DNA from: Patescibacteria group bacterium
GTDB taxonomy: Bacteria > Patescibacteriota > Patescibacteriia > GWA2-46-9
Assembly (NCBI GenBank): GCA_041675205.1
Contig: JBAYUF010000001.1
Coordinates: forward strand, 148,863 to 212,862
Direction: 5' to 3'
DNA: 64,000 nt
The notes under the pieces: generated by a model
What the model saw: the letters and a program-made list of their open reading frames with translations, nothing else
What the model was told of the DNA's origin: nothing
The model's database searches: none
Part shown: positions 27,416-36,889 of the stretch, piece by piece
Numbering within the stretch: position 1 is the first letter of the stretch
Layout of the letters: each line of letters starts with the position of its first letter
Position numbers and translations under genes: made by a program

Positions 27416-29488
27416 ATGAAAATTAGATCAATAAAAATATCAAACATTCTAAGTTTTGAGTACAAAGATGATATTGACCTCTGTGAATCGATCGTTTTTA
27501 ATAAGAACGTTAATATTCTGATAGGTCCAAACGGAGTCGGGAAAAGTAATTTTTTGGAAATTATCAATCAAATTTTTAAAAGAATTTTATTTAAGCAGCC
27601 TGATTTCGATTTCGATACTATTTCAAAGCACGAGAACAATCCGGCCGATACTTCTTTGAATCAAACTTTGGATTTGACGCGTCGCTCCGTGAGTCATTTA
27701 AAAAAAAATAAATACAGTAGTTCAAAAATTAAAAAAATTAAAATAGAAATTCTGCTTAATGATAACGATGTTAGCAATTTGAAATTTATTCATTCAAATG
27801 CGGATAAGATAAATGATATTTTGAATAAATATTCACGTATAAAGCTAAATTTTGATGGTAAAATTATTTTTGACGACATTGAAAAGATCAAGTCCCTCAC
27901 CCTTATTTTGGAAGATAAAGAGGATACTAACATTTTTTCTATTTCAGAGTTGTCCGGTAGCACGGCTGGAACTTTTATAACAAAATATTTCGAGTATTTC
28001 GAGTTTGTTCAGAAAATTATTTTCATTGCAAATGAACGAGAAGGTGAAAGTTGGTCAGAGCTTAAAACAAGCTTCGTTTTAATAGGTTGCTACCGTAACT
28101 ATAATAGTTTTTCTAACTCTTATAGTCTTAGTGGTTATCTTGTTAATGCCATCAGGGATGTTGAGAACAAACGAAAAGAAGAAAATACTAAGAGCGCCGA
28201 TGTTGCGGAACCACTAGTTTTCGAGATGGTAAAAAAGATTTTATCATATCGACATTCTCAGCTCCTTTTTTCAGAACAGTTAAACGCTGAAGGAGTATCA
28301 AAAAAAATAAAAGAGGAGCCGTTGCTGACGAATATTAACAATTTATTAAAGCAACTCCCTCTTCAATTAGAATTGAATATTGTAAAGAAGAATCCTCACG
28401 ATATCGTTCATCAAATTTTTTTTATTGACCTCAGGGATCAAAAGAGAATCGAAGTTGAAGAATTGAGCGCTGGACAAAAGAGTGTCCTGCATTTTTTCTT
28501 CAGCATATTTGGATACGATTTAAGTAATGGTCTGCTCATTATTGATGAACCGGAACTTCATCTACATCCACAAATTCAAGAGCAGTACATGTTGTTAATT
28601 GAAAAAGTAGCCCTCGATAATGACATGCAGTTTATTCTGGCGACTCATTCTCCAATTTTTGTATCACGAGAAACAATTAATAATGTCTTCAGATTTAGTA
28701 AGGCTACTCACTTCACGCACGTATCCCATCCTCCCATAGCAGCTTCTGACCAAGAATTGGTCAGAATATTAAATTATACTAATAGCTCAAAAATTTTCTT
28801 TTCTAAAAAAGTTGTACTTGTCGAAGGCGAGTCCGATGAATTTTTTTACCGAAGATTTTATGAGCACTTACAAAAGCAGAATAGAGGAGATGATAATATC
28901 GAATTTCTTGCAATAAAAGGGAAGGGCGCAAAGGAGCTATGGTTTGATTTTTTACAAAAATTTGACGTAATGACCTTCTTTATTGGCGACTGGGATAATA
29001 TTATTGAGTCAGGTCTGCTAAGTAATTCAGAGTTAGAGAAATATAAAAATAATTTTAGACAACAGGCCTTTAAGGGAATTGATAGTGGTGTTTTTTTGCA
29101 AAAAAACAGTAAGGATCGAATAATTTTATTAGAAAATTTGAAAAAATATCTCGAAAAAAATGACCCAAATCTCTTGTCTAGTTTGAGGGATCTTATTGAT
29201 TACTTAACGATAAGACACTTGCCCTGCAGAGAGATTGTTGAGTTTATAAATTTAAACGATCGATCAACTTTAGCCAGCCTCAATGTTCAGATAGAAAGTT
29301 TATATGCTCAGAATCGCTATTATCTTAAACGGGGCGAATTGGAAGATTATCTAGGATTACGAACGAAAAGCTTGCAAGATGTTATCTATTTCATTGAGAA
29401 TGATTTTAATTCCTGGTTAGCGAATACTTCCTTCAAATCGGAAGTTGAAGAGATTACTCAAATATTCTCTGACATTATTAGAAAATGA
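27416..29488 (+). CDS. OLD-family ATP-dependent nuclease (ABC ATPase + Toprim)
   Basis: Walker A GPNGVGKS, signature LSAGQ, Walker B IIDEPELHLHP, ATHSP, Toprim LVEGESDE and GDWD, ELEDYL. Confidence 0.9.
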   Translation: MKIRSIKISNILSFEYKDDIDLCESIVFNKNVNILIGPNGVGKSNFLEIINQIFKRILFKQPDFDFDTISKHENNPADTSLNQTLDLTRRSVSHLKKNKYSSSKIKKIKIEILLNDNDVSNLKFIHSNADKINDILNKYSRIKLNFDGKIIFDDIEKIKSLTLILEDKEDTNIFSISELSGSTAGTFITKYFEYFEFVQKIIFIANEREGESWSELKTSFVLIGCYRNYNSFSNSYSLSGYLVNAIRDVENKRKEENTKSADVAEPLVFEMVKKILSYRHSQLLFSEQLNAEGVSKKIKEEPLLTNINNLLKQLPLQLELNIVKKNPHDIVHQIFFIDLRDQKRIEVEELSAGQKSVLHFFFSIFGYDLSNGLLIIDEPELHLHPQIQEQYMLLIEKVALDNDMQFILATHSPIFVSRETINNVFRFSKATHFTHVSHPPIAASDQELVRILNYTNSSKIFFSKKVVLVEGESDEFFYRRFYEHLQKQNRGDDNIEFLAIKGKGAKELWFDFLQKFDVMTFFIGDWDNIIESGLLSNSELEKYKNNFRQQAFKGIDSGVFLQKNSKDRIILLENLKKYLEKNDPNLLSSLRDLIDYLTIRHLPCREIVEFINLNDRSTLASLNVQIESLYAQNRYYLKRGELEDYLGLRTKSLQDVIYFIENDFNSWLANTSFKSEVEEITQIFSDIIRK

Positions 29489-30603
29489 CGCACGATCCAT
29501 TAGAACAAATTGAGAAAAATTTGCGCGTTCTTGTGGATGATATATTGACTGATAAATTCGGACCTCTGTGGACTGAAGTTGCCGGTTTGGGTCCCGATTG
29601 GATCAAAAAGATGCAAGAAAAAACTATTGCAGATAAGACAGCGCAAGGAAACACCATCCTGTATGAAAAATTAATTTCATATGCTGAATTTGGAGATTTA
29701 ACTAAGCTTTTGCAGTTACACCAAATACTATTCAAGCCAGTTTTTTCTAAATGGGAGAAGTACTTCACCCTTATTAAGATCGCGGAAGAATTAAGAAATA
29801 CCGTAAAGCATCATCGCGATATAAGCCCCGCTCAAGAGAAATTGCTATTCGGTATTGCCGGTGAGATTGATGATGCTATAAATCTGTGGAGAATTGGTGC
29901 AAGATTAAATATAAAAAGGCTGGTATTTGGCTTTTCTGATTATATACCAACACAACATAAATCTGACGAAGAAATATTAAGAGAATCAGAAAGAAGCATT
30001 CTCGATTGGCAAAAACTGTTTTTAAATTTCTTTGAGGCCAAGGGGCTTGATATAAGTAGAATAGAAAATGTTTATAATTCTCTTAATTTAAAAATAAAGG
30101 GTTATGGTCTTTATCTTCAAACCTCGACCTCTTCACAGCCCAATCCAAACTCTGAAATAAATGGTGTCGAATGTAAGCATATATATACTCAATTGTTGCG
30201 CAACGAAGGTTCTCATATTTCTTTGGATGAATTATTTGCATTTATAAAGAAACAGTATTGGAATATTTCATATGATTTAAGAGATACTATAAATATAGAT
30301 GCCCTTAAAGAATGGTCTAGTGATAGTGCTGGTCGAGAACCTTCTAGTTCAAGCAGATCAAATGGAGTTTACACGGGCATAGAGTATGCTTTGCTGCATG
30401 GAAAAATAAGGATCGGAGCGACAAATTATTCAGACGAAGAAGGCCACGGTGGTAGGTTGCAGATATTCAATGAACAAAATAGCCATGGATGGTTTCCGCA
30501 CAAGATTATAACCCCTCAGCATCTTTTGGGTTTTATTACGGGCAGTGTTACACCCCGATCTATACAATATCTTTTACTCATGTCGTGCAATACCAACGAA
30601 TAA
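29485..30603 (+). CDS. Swt1-like HEPN domain protein with unknown C-terminal domain
   Basis: IEKNLR..V, W, Y.EFGDL, RNTVKH (RxxxxH); ATGA overlap with the OLD gene. Confidence 0.75.
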   Translation: MTHDPLEQIEKNLRVLVDDILTDKFGPLWTEVAGLGPDWIKKMQEKTIADKTAQGNTILYEKLISYAEFGDLTKLLQLHQILFKPVFSKWEKYFTLIKIAEELRNTVKHHRDISPAQEKLLFGIAGEIDDAINLWRIGARLNIKRLVFGFSDYIPTQHKSDEEILRESERSILDWQKLFLNFFEAKGLDISRIENVYNSLNLKIKGYGLYLQTSTSSQPNPNSEINGVECKHIYTQLLRNEGSHISLDELFAFIKKQYWNISYDLRDTINIDALKEWSSDSAGREPSSSSRSNGVYTGIEYALLHGKIRIGATNYSDEEGHGGRLQIFNEQNSHGWFPHKIITPQHLLGFITGSVTPRSIQYLLLMSCNTNE

Positions 30604-30673
30604 CCAATCCAAATTTATTGAGCGAAGTATAATTAATAAGCGTAACAATTTTACCCAAGTCATTTATGGTTAG

Positions 30674-30795
30674 TGAATTAGGACTTTTGTATATTTTTGT
30701 TCGTACTTATTTACATTCTTCAATTTCTCATTTTGGCGATTCATCCAGCGTTGCCTTGATTGACCACGAGGCACGAGAAGGGTACGGTTACAATG
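30674..30795 (+). repeat. Diverged direct repeat, copy 1 (copy 2 at 33934-34054)
   Basis: About 69 nt ungapped alignment with ~13 mismatches, plus a shared GCACGAGAAG. Confidence 0.7.
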
Positions 30796-30814
30796 TGATT
30801 TATACGATTTCATT

Positions 30815-33244
30815 ATGAAAAGAACATTCATCAGCGCCTGTTTAGCAGTTTTCATCATTCTTCCTTTTGGGGCGAGTGCTGCAACGCTTTCAAAAAATCC
30901 ATTCTCAGTGATTGATCAGACCGTTTCCATTTATGCGAGTTCGGGGGAGAATTTTGATACACTATCGTCATACAGTTCCGTTTGCTTCAACGATACTAAT
31001 CATTGTTTCCTTAGCACCAGCTTTAGTAGTTCAAGCGTAAAATGGTTATGGACTTCCACCAAAATAACTATCCCCATTCCTTCGGATCTCAACCCAATCG
31101 GGGACATTATCGTCTACAACCAAGGCTCGCGGCAGGTCTGCTATGGGGGAGACTATTGTTATAGCGAAACCTATGCACAAGAGAAGGCTCGAATTAGTTA
31201 TCAGATTCAGCCCGTGATCGTTTCAGTGTCTCCGTTAGTGCCCAAGCAAAATGAACAGGTCGTGATTAATGGTTACGGTTTTGGGCCCACATCGGGTCAG
31301 GTGCTCTTCGATGATTCGGGTGCCTCGGTTATCAACTGGAGCGACCGATCAATTACGGTCATCGCATCGCAGGGGGTAGGCGTGGCAAAAAAAATAAAGG
31401 TAAGCAGTTCAGCCGGAACAAGCACAACCTTCGGACTTTTTGAATATTTAGACCAGATATCTGCACCCCAAGCCTGGCAGACTGTGGGCACTGCCCCCGT
31501 AGTAGTGGCCGTCATCGATGATGGTGTCTATATTAATCATCCGGATCTTTCACCCTATATATGGCGTAATCCTGGTGAGGTGGTGGGTAACGGAATCGAT
31601 GACGATCATAATGGGTACATCGATGATGTGTTGGGCTATAATTTTGTCGATAATTCATCCCGAGTGGATCCTAAGGGCAGTCACGGTACGTTGGTCGCAA
31701 GCACGGTTTTGGCGACCACCGGTCGCGGGGTGATGGGCAATGCTTCAAAGATGAACATTCGCATTATGCCTGTTATCGTGAGTGATGTTCAAGGAAACTC
31801 TTCCTTTCAATCTCTGGCGGCAGGCATTCGCTACGCTGCTGACAATGGTGCGGATGTAATAAATATCAGTCTGGGTAGTCGCGGCACCATTGGTTACACC
31901 GATTCTCTGACGCCCGCAATTCAATATGCTTTTGATCACGGGAAGGTAGTGGTGGTTGCGGGAGGGAACGGGGATTTGCAAGCTAATAATGGTGAGAACC
32001 TTAATTTTACACCCCAGAGCCCAGTCTGCAACAACAATGGGTCACAATTGGCGCTTGGTGTAGGGGCGCTCGATAATACAGACGTGCAAACAAATGGTAG
32101 GGTACGCACGGGTTGGTCAAACCATGGCAGTAATTGTATCAATATTTCTGCGCCCGGAGTGGGTATAGTTGGAGCATCAGTTCCCAGTTTTAATAGCGGT
32201 TCATTTTACAGCCAGGAGGACGGGACTTCTTATTCGAGCCCCATCGTTGCGGGTGTAGCCGCTATGGTGAAAGGGACGACTCCCAAAATGAAAAACTGGG
32301 AAATAATGAATCGTGTTATTGGAACGGCTGATAATATCGATAATGTTAATCTTGGTTTTGCGGGTCAGATCGGAGGGAGAGTAAACGCATACAAAGCTAT
32401 TGGCAATCAATCCACCTCTGGCTCCATTGTGTCTGTCAGCCCTAACGAAGCATTTGCAGGTACTCCGGTGGTAGTTACCATCAAAAATTTTTCTTCGGAT
32501 TATACGCTGCGTATTTCCGGGCAAGGGACACCAGGTGGTAGTACGACTGACTCTCCAATTTCTTGGTCGAGTATCGCACCATTGGCGGCCGATAAGTTCT
32601 CGGTAGTTATTCCAGCAAGCCTGCCGACGGGGACGTATTCTTTCCGTCTAGTTTCTCCGACTGGTAATGAATATGGTACGGGTGAAAATAGTCTACATGT
32701 CACAAATGACGGTCGTTCTGTTCCTAAAAATCCGAGCCCCGAACAAAGCATTCCAACAACGCCTTCAAGTCAGGTGACAGCACCGACTCAAGGCACTCCT
32801 GTGGTAACGCCTAGCACTAAGTCGTTATTGGCCAGGCTGCTAGGTTATATTGTCCTCCAGGTGCAGCAGCATGGGGAAGCGTGGTATATACATCCAGACA
32901 CAGGATTGCGCTACTATATGCAGGATGGTTCAGTGGCTTATCAAATGATGCGGTCATTTGGCCTAGGAATTACAGATACTGATTTGGGCAAAATTCCGAC
33001 TGTGGGTAGTGAGCAAGCGATGAAAGATAGCACGAGCGTTTGTAACGCTAACTCAACCGCTAATAAATTAAAAGGTAAAATTCTTCTGCAGGTTCAACAG
33101 CATGGCGAAGCTTGGTATGTCCACCCAGATAAGTGTCGTAGAATATATATGAAAGATGGGGGTGTTGCTTATCAGATAATGCGATTCTTGAGCCTGGGCA
33201 TCACGAATACTGATTTGACTAAGATACCTGAGGGGAGTTTATGA
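30815..33244 (+). CDS. Secreted S8 subtilisin-like peptidase with IPT/TIG domains and C-terminal GEAWY repeats
   Basis: Signal peptide; VAVIDDG, HGT, GTSYSSP catalytic triad; IPT-like segments; two LQVQQHGEAWY repeats. Confidence 0.9.
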   Translation: MKRTFISACLAVFIILPFGASAATLSKNPFSVIDQTVSIYASSGENFDTLSSYSSVCFNDTNHCFLSTSFSSSSVKWLWTSTKITIPIPSDLNPIGDIIVYNQGSRQVCYGGDYCYSETYAQEKARISYQIQPVIVSVSPLVPKQNEQVVINGYGFGPTSGQVLFDDSGASVINWSDRSITVIASQGVGVAKKIKVSSSAGTSTTFGLFEYLDQISAPQAWQTVGTAPVVVAVIDDGVYINHPDLSPYIWRNPGEVVGNGIDDDHNGYIDDVLGYNFVDNSSRVDPKGSHGTLVASTVLATTGRGVMGNASKMNIRIMPVIVSDVQGNSSFQSLAAGIRYAADNGADVINISLGSRGTIGYTDSLTPAIQYAFDHGKVVVVAGGNGDLQANNGENLNFTPQSPVCNNNGSQLALGVGALDNTDVQTNGRVRTGWSNHGSNCINISAPGVGIVGASVPSFNSGSFYSQEDGTSYSSPIVAGVAAMVKGTTPKMKNWEIMNRVIGTADNIDNVNLGFAGQIGGRVNAYKAIGNQSTSGSIVSVSPNEAFAGTPVVVTIKNFSSDYTLRISGQGTPGGSTTDSPISWSSIAPLAADKFSVVIPASLPTGTYSFRLVSPTGNEYGTGENSLHVTNDGRSVPKNPSPEQSIPTTPSSQVTAPTQGTPVVTPSTKSLLARLLGYIVLQVQQHGEAWYIHPDTGLRYYMQDGSVAYQMMRSFGLGITDTDLGKIPTVGSEQAMKDSTSVCNANSTANKLKGKILLQVQQHGEAWYVHPDKCRRIYMKDGGVAYQIMRFLSLGITNTDLTKIPEGSL

Positions 33245-33762
33245 ATAAATTAATCTTACCAGCAGCCATACTACTATCCAGTATTATTTTGGGCGGATTT
33301 TATTACGCTGCTGAAATTAATGAGCAGAGTTCAATTGAAAGACAACAAGAAGTAACAATTAAAAAAGAAAAAAGCATTGAAGAAACTAGACCGCAATTAC
33401 AACAGAAAGTTGAGGATCAGGAGGAAATTATGAACGAAAAACCAGTCGATATTTACCCGCAAAATAATAATGACCAGATTCTCATTAACTATAGATTGGA
33501 TGTCCAAAATGGAGATGATATGAGAAATAGTTTATTAGAGACTGCCTTTAATTCGCCAGAACAAATGTGTCCCAGTGTCATTGCCACTATGGCTACACGG
33601 CAACATGCCTATTATTATGTTTTAGACGATATTGCCAAACTTACATTAAAGTATGGTCAATATCGTGGATCGATTAACTATATAAAAAACAATCTTGATG
33701 GTTTGGATAATGTAATTTCAATTGTTAAAGATCAATGTGCTTCGTTGGGCTACTCATTCTAA
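33241..33762 (+). CDS. Hypothetical membrane-anchored protein
   Basis: ATGA overlap with the S8 gene; N-terminal LPAAILLSSIILGGFYY. Confidence 0.7.
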   Translation: MNKLILPAAILLSSIILGGFYYAAEINEQSSIERQQEVTIKKEKSIEETRPQLQQKVEDQEEIMNEKPVDIYPQNNNDQILINYRLDVQNGDDMRNSLLETAFNSPEQMCPSVIATMATRQHAYYYVLDDIAKLTLKYGQYRGSINYIKNNLDGLDNVISIVKDQCASLGYSF

Positions 33763-33837
33763 GGTAAGCAAATTAAACCTATTATATTTGAATAATAAGT
33801 TTGGGTCTCATATACCGTTAATCATCACCTCCCCAGT

Positions 33838-34019
33838 TGCTGCCCAACTGCTGCCCAAAAAGTGACTAAAGTGGATTAGCTTTGACTATGTCTGAGTACG
33901 TTTGAGACAAACCATAAAGTAGATTTCAATCAATGAATCAGGACGTTTATTTATTTTTGTTCGCACTTTTTTGTTTTCTTCAATTTCTCTCTGGGGCGAT
34001 TCGATTCCTACCGCCCCTG
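33838..34019 (+). mobile_element. Putative att end of an integrated element: arm-type repeats plus tRNA-Trp-like 3' fragment
   Basis: TGCTGCCCAA x2 (33838, 33849); TTCGATTCCTACCGCCCCTG (34000-34019) reads as T-loop/T-stem/acceptor/discriminator. Confidence 0.55.
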
Positions 34020-34146
34020 GCAAGTTGAGCTAGCACGAGAAGCGTTGTTTCAAGACGACACTCTTTAGAGATCGCCCCACGATTTTAGGTTGCGAAAACA
34101 TTCCCTTTCTGTTGTCGCAGCTACGTTGTGGTGCTATATTTAATGC

Positions 34147-34629
34147 ATGTCAGTTAAAAAATTTGGTTGGTATTACGTTGTCATTCCGCTTGCTACGTTC
34201 TTTGTTGCTGCCTTAGGCAGCTTGATAACGAGTGATGGAATGCCTTGGTATGCCACGCTCACGTTGCCATCGTGGACGCCACCTGGGCAGGCAATTGGCG
34301 TGGCCTGGACTGCTATTTATATTCTGACCGCCCTTTCGGCGATTTTGGTGTGGCAACATTTTCCAAGAGACAGAACGCTCGCACTCATCACCGGTGCCTA
34401 CGTTGTGAATGCGCTACTCAACATTTTGTGGAGCGCAGTGTTTTTTGGCCAGCATAATTTGGCACGGGCGGTTGATGTTGCCATGCTGCTGAGCTTGTCT
34501 GTGCTCGTCCTCATCATTCTTATCTCAAAGCATTCAAGATTTGCCGCAACGTTACTCGCGCCGTACTTTCTGTGGGCGTCTTTTGCGTCATACCTGTCCT
34601 ATGCAGTTTGGCGGTTGAACGGGGGATAA
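34147..34629 (+). CDS. tspO: TspO/MBR family protein
   Basis: WY..L..PSWTPP, W..IY, LN..WS..FF, PY..W..FA. Confidence 0.92.
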   Translation: MSVKKFGWYYVVIPLATFFVAALGSLITSDGMPWYATLTLPSWTPPGQAIGVAWTAIYILTALSAILVWQHFPRDRTLALITGAYVVNALLNILWSAVFFGQHNLARAVDVAMLLSLSVLVLIILISKHSRFAATLLAPYFLWASFASYLSYAVWRLNGG

Positions 34630-34653
34630 GGAGTTTCTCCAAAATAAAAACCA

Positions 34654-35103
34654 ATGACGAAGCATCCGCAACAATTATTTTTTAAAGTAGCCGCTCAAAT
34701 AATGCGGTTTAGTTTTGTCATCATTTTTGCGGTTGCAGGTGCGCGTGCCGCCATGGTTGGCATTGGTGCTTTTGCAGACGACCTTGCGCTCACTGGCAGC
34801 CTAGCCGCTATGCCGTATCGCGATGTTGTTACGCACGTCTATACAGCCATGACCGCGCTTGTTTTTACGTTGGCCAGCATCATTCTACTCATGAACCGAC
34901 ATATTTTGGCCGTGTACGCTGTGGTGGCAGGCTTATATGTTACATTTACTGTTTGGCAAGTAGCGGCCGCACCAGATCTTCGAACGAATGTGGCGCAGTA
35001 TGTTCCGACGCTCTTCGCCCTACTATTCGCTTCTGTTTTTGAACATTTGTCACTTCCTTTCGTACAGAAGGAAAAACGAGACATACAACACGTTGATTTC
35101 TAG
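34654..35103 (+). CDS. Hypothetical membrane protein
   Basis: About four TM segments; in operon-like run. Confidence 0.65.
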   Translation: MTKHPQQLFFKVAAQIMRFSFVIIFAVAGARAAMVGIGAFADDLALTGSLAAMPYRDVVTHVYTAMTALVFTLASIILLMNRHILAVYAVVAGLYVTFTVWQVAAAPDLRTNVAQYVPTLFALLFASVFEHLSLPFVQKEKRDIQHVDF

Positions 35104-35137
35104 TGTTTCTAAGGCTATCCTTCACACACTCTGCACT

Positions 35138-35593
35138 ATGAAACCTGACGAACAGCCAGTTACGCTGGAATTTAGCAAAATCACTGACAATATATACATT
35201 GGCAGCAATGCGTGCTGCCAAATTCGTTTTGCTGAGCCATTACTAAAAGAGGGCATTACTGCAGATTTGTCGTTAGAGGAAGACCACGTTGATATGCCGT
35301 TTGGCGTTTCGTTTTATCTGTGGTTGCCAGTCCCAGACATGTTGCCCCCAACCATTGATCAGCTTGAAGTGGGGGTGGCGTATATGACGAAAGTCATCGA
35401 GCTCGGTCACAAGGTACTGGTGCATTGCCGATGGGGCCATGGCCGCGGGCCCACAATGGTGGCGGCGTATTTGGTGCGTACCGGCATGAGTGTTGACGCG
35501 GCTATCCAACTCATGACTGAAAAACGACCGGTCGTTCATATAGAGGTTGAACAGGTTGCCGCACTTCGACAATTTGCGTTGCGAAAGGTATGA
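35138..35593 (+). CDS. Dual-specificity/PTP-like phosphatase
   Basis: PVPD, VLVHCRWGHGRG (CX5R). Confidence 0.9.
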   Translation: MKPDEQPVTLEFSKITDNIYIGSNACCQIRFAEPLLKEGITADLSLEEDHVDMPFGVSFYLWLPVPDMLPPTIDQLEVGVAYMTKVIELGHKVLVHCRWGHGRGPTMVAAYLVRTGMSVDAAIQLMTEKRPVVHIEVEQVAALRQFALRKV

Positions 35594-36885
35594 GTTTTAA
35601 AGAACGTCGTCGTCAATTTGTGCAGACCGTTCGCGTGGGATGGTTTTTGGCATACCGCACATTAAAACGCTCTAGCCGCGCCACGACTGGTCTCATCATA
35701 TTTATTATGGTGCTGACGTTTCTGAACTTGGTGGTGGTGTCAGGGCTCCTCATCGGGCTTATTAGTGGTTCCTTTCAACAGTTTCGTGATGGGTATTCGG
35801 GAGAAATAATGATTACTGCTTCACCAGGGAGAAACTTTATTGAAAATTCACCGGCGCTTGTTAACTATATTGCTGCTCACCCAGACGTGAAGGCAATGTC
35901 TGTTCGGCATACCTCTGGCGTTCAGGTGCTTGGTACGTTGACTGACTTACCGCGGAACGGAGAACGACCAAATCGTATTAGCGTTCGGTTGGTTGGGCTC
36001 AACGTCAAAGATGAAGAATCAGTTACCGGTTTTTCTCGGTTTCTTGTGAAAGGGAACATGTTGGTTGATGGTCAAGAAGGTGGCATCTTAGTTGGTGCCA
36101 ACATGTTGCGGAAATATTCTTCGTTTGCGGACGCTAATATTCCAGGGCTTGATTTGCTCGACGACGTTGACGTTGGTAGCCGGGTACGGGTGAGCCTGAC
36201 GACAGCCGGCGGGGAAAAGGTATCGCAAGAATTTACCGTGCGCGGCATTGTGAAAAGTAAGGTTGATGAAATATCAACGAGATTTTTCGTCACCGATCCA
36301 GAGCTGAAACGAATGCTGCCGGTAAACAAAGAACAGGTGCAAGAAATAGCCATTCGTATGGACTACGCCGAGGCACCGGCGCTTGTAAGCGAGTTACAGG
36401 GGTTTATGGGTGAACATGATGCGCTTATCCAAACGTACGAAGATGCTATTCCGTCTTTTCTTCGTGACATTGAAACCACTATGGGTGTTCTGGGTAACGC
36501 GCTCTCTTCCATAGCGCTCGTAGTTGCTTCCATCACCATCTTTATTGTCATCTTCATTAACGCCATTACTCGAAGGAAGTATATCGGTATTATGAAGGGT
36601 ATCGGTATTAGCCCGCAGGCTATTCAACTCTCATATGTGTTTCAAGCATTTTTCTATGGCATGGTTGGTTCGGTGGTGGGTATTGCGGTGACGTTTGGTT
36701 TTTTAAAGCCATACTTTGCGGCGCACCCCATTAACTTTCCATTTTCTGACGGCATTCTCGTGGCCACACCAGAAGGAGCCGCATTGCGCATCGCTATTTT
36801 GCTGGCTGTTACGTTGGCGGCTGGCTATATTCCGGCTAGACTCATTGTCCGCCGAAATACTTTAGACGCTATTCTTGGTCGCTAA
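35590..36885 (+). CDS. ABC transporter permease (FtsX/MacB/LolE-like)
   Basis: N-terminal TM, large extracytoplasmic loop, RRKYIGIMKGIG, C-terminal PAR. Confidence 0.88.
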   Translation: MSFKERRRQFVQTVRVGWFLAYRTLKRSSRATTGLIIFIMVLTFLNLVVVSGLLIGLISGSFQQFRDGYSGEIMITASPGRNFIENSPALVNYIAAHPDVKAMSVRHTSGVQVLGTLTDLPRNGERPNRISVRLVGLNVKDEESVTGFSRFLVKGNMLVDGQEGGILVGANMLRKYSSFADANIPGLDLLDDVDVGSRVRVSLTTAGGEKVSQEFTVRGIVKSKVDEISTRFFVTDPELKRMLPVNKEQVQEIAIRMDYAEAPALVSELQGFMGEHDALIQTYEDAIPSFLRDIETTMGVLGNALSSIALVVASITIFIVIFINAITRRKYIGIMKGIGISPQAIQLSYVFQAFFYGMVGSVVGIAVTFGFLKPYFAAHPINFPFSDGILVATPEGAALRIAILLAVTLAAGYIPARLIVRRNTLDAILGR

Positions 36886-36889
36886 CACT

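Noticed and set aside
27416-30603. Gabija or retron system
   Set aside because: The downstream gene has no UvrD helicase or reverse-transcriptase motifs
30670-30858. 62-aa minus-strand ORF
   Set aside because: Overlaps the S8 start and the direct repeat; the second repeat copy does not preserve this reading frame
33993-34080. tmRNA or intact tRNA (GGGGCGAT...ATCGCCCCAC)
   Set aside because: Only ~88 nt, with no D or anticodon arms, no tag ORF, and the TTCG loop in the wrong place; better read as an att-like fragment
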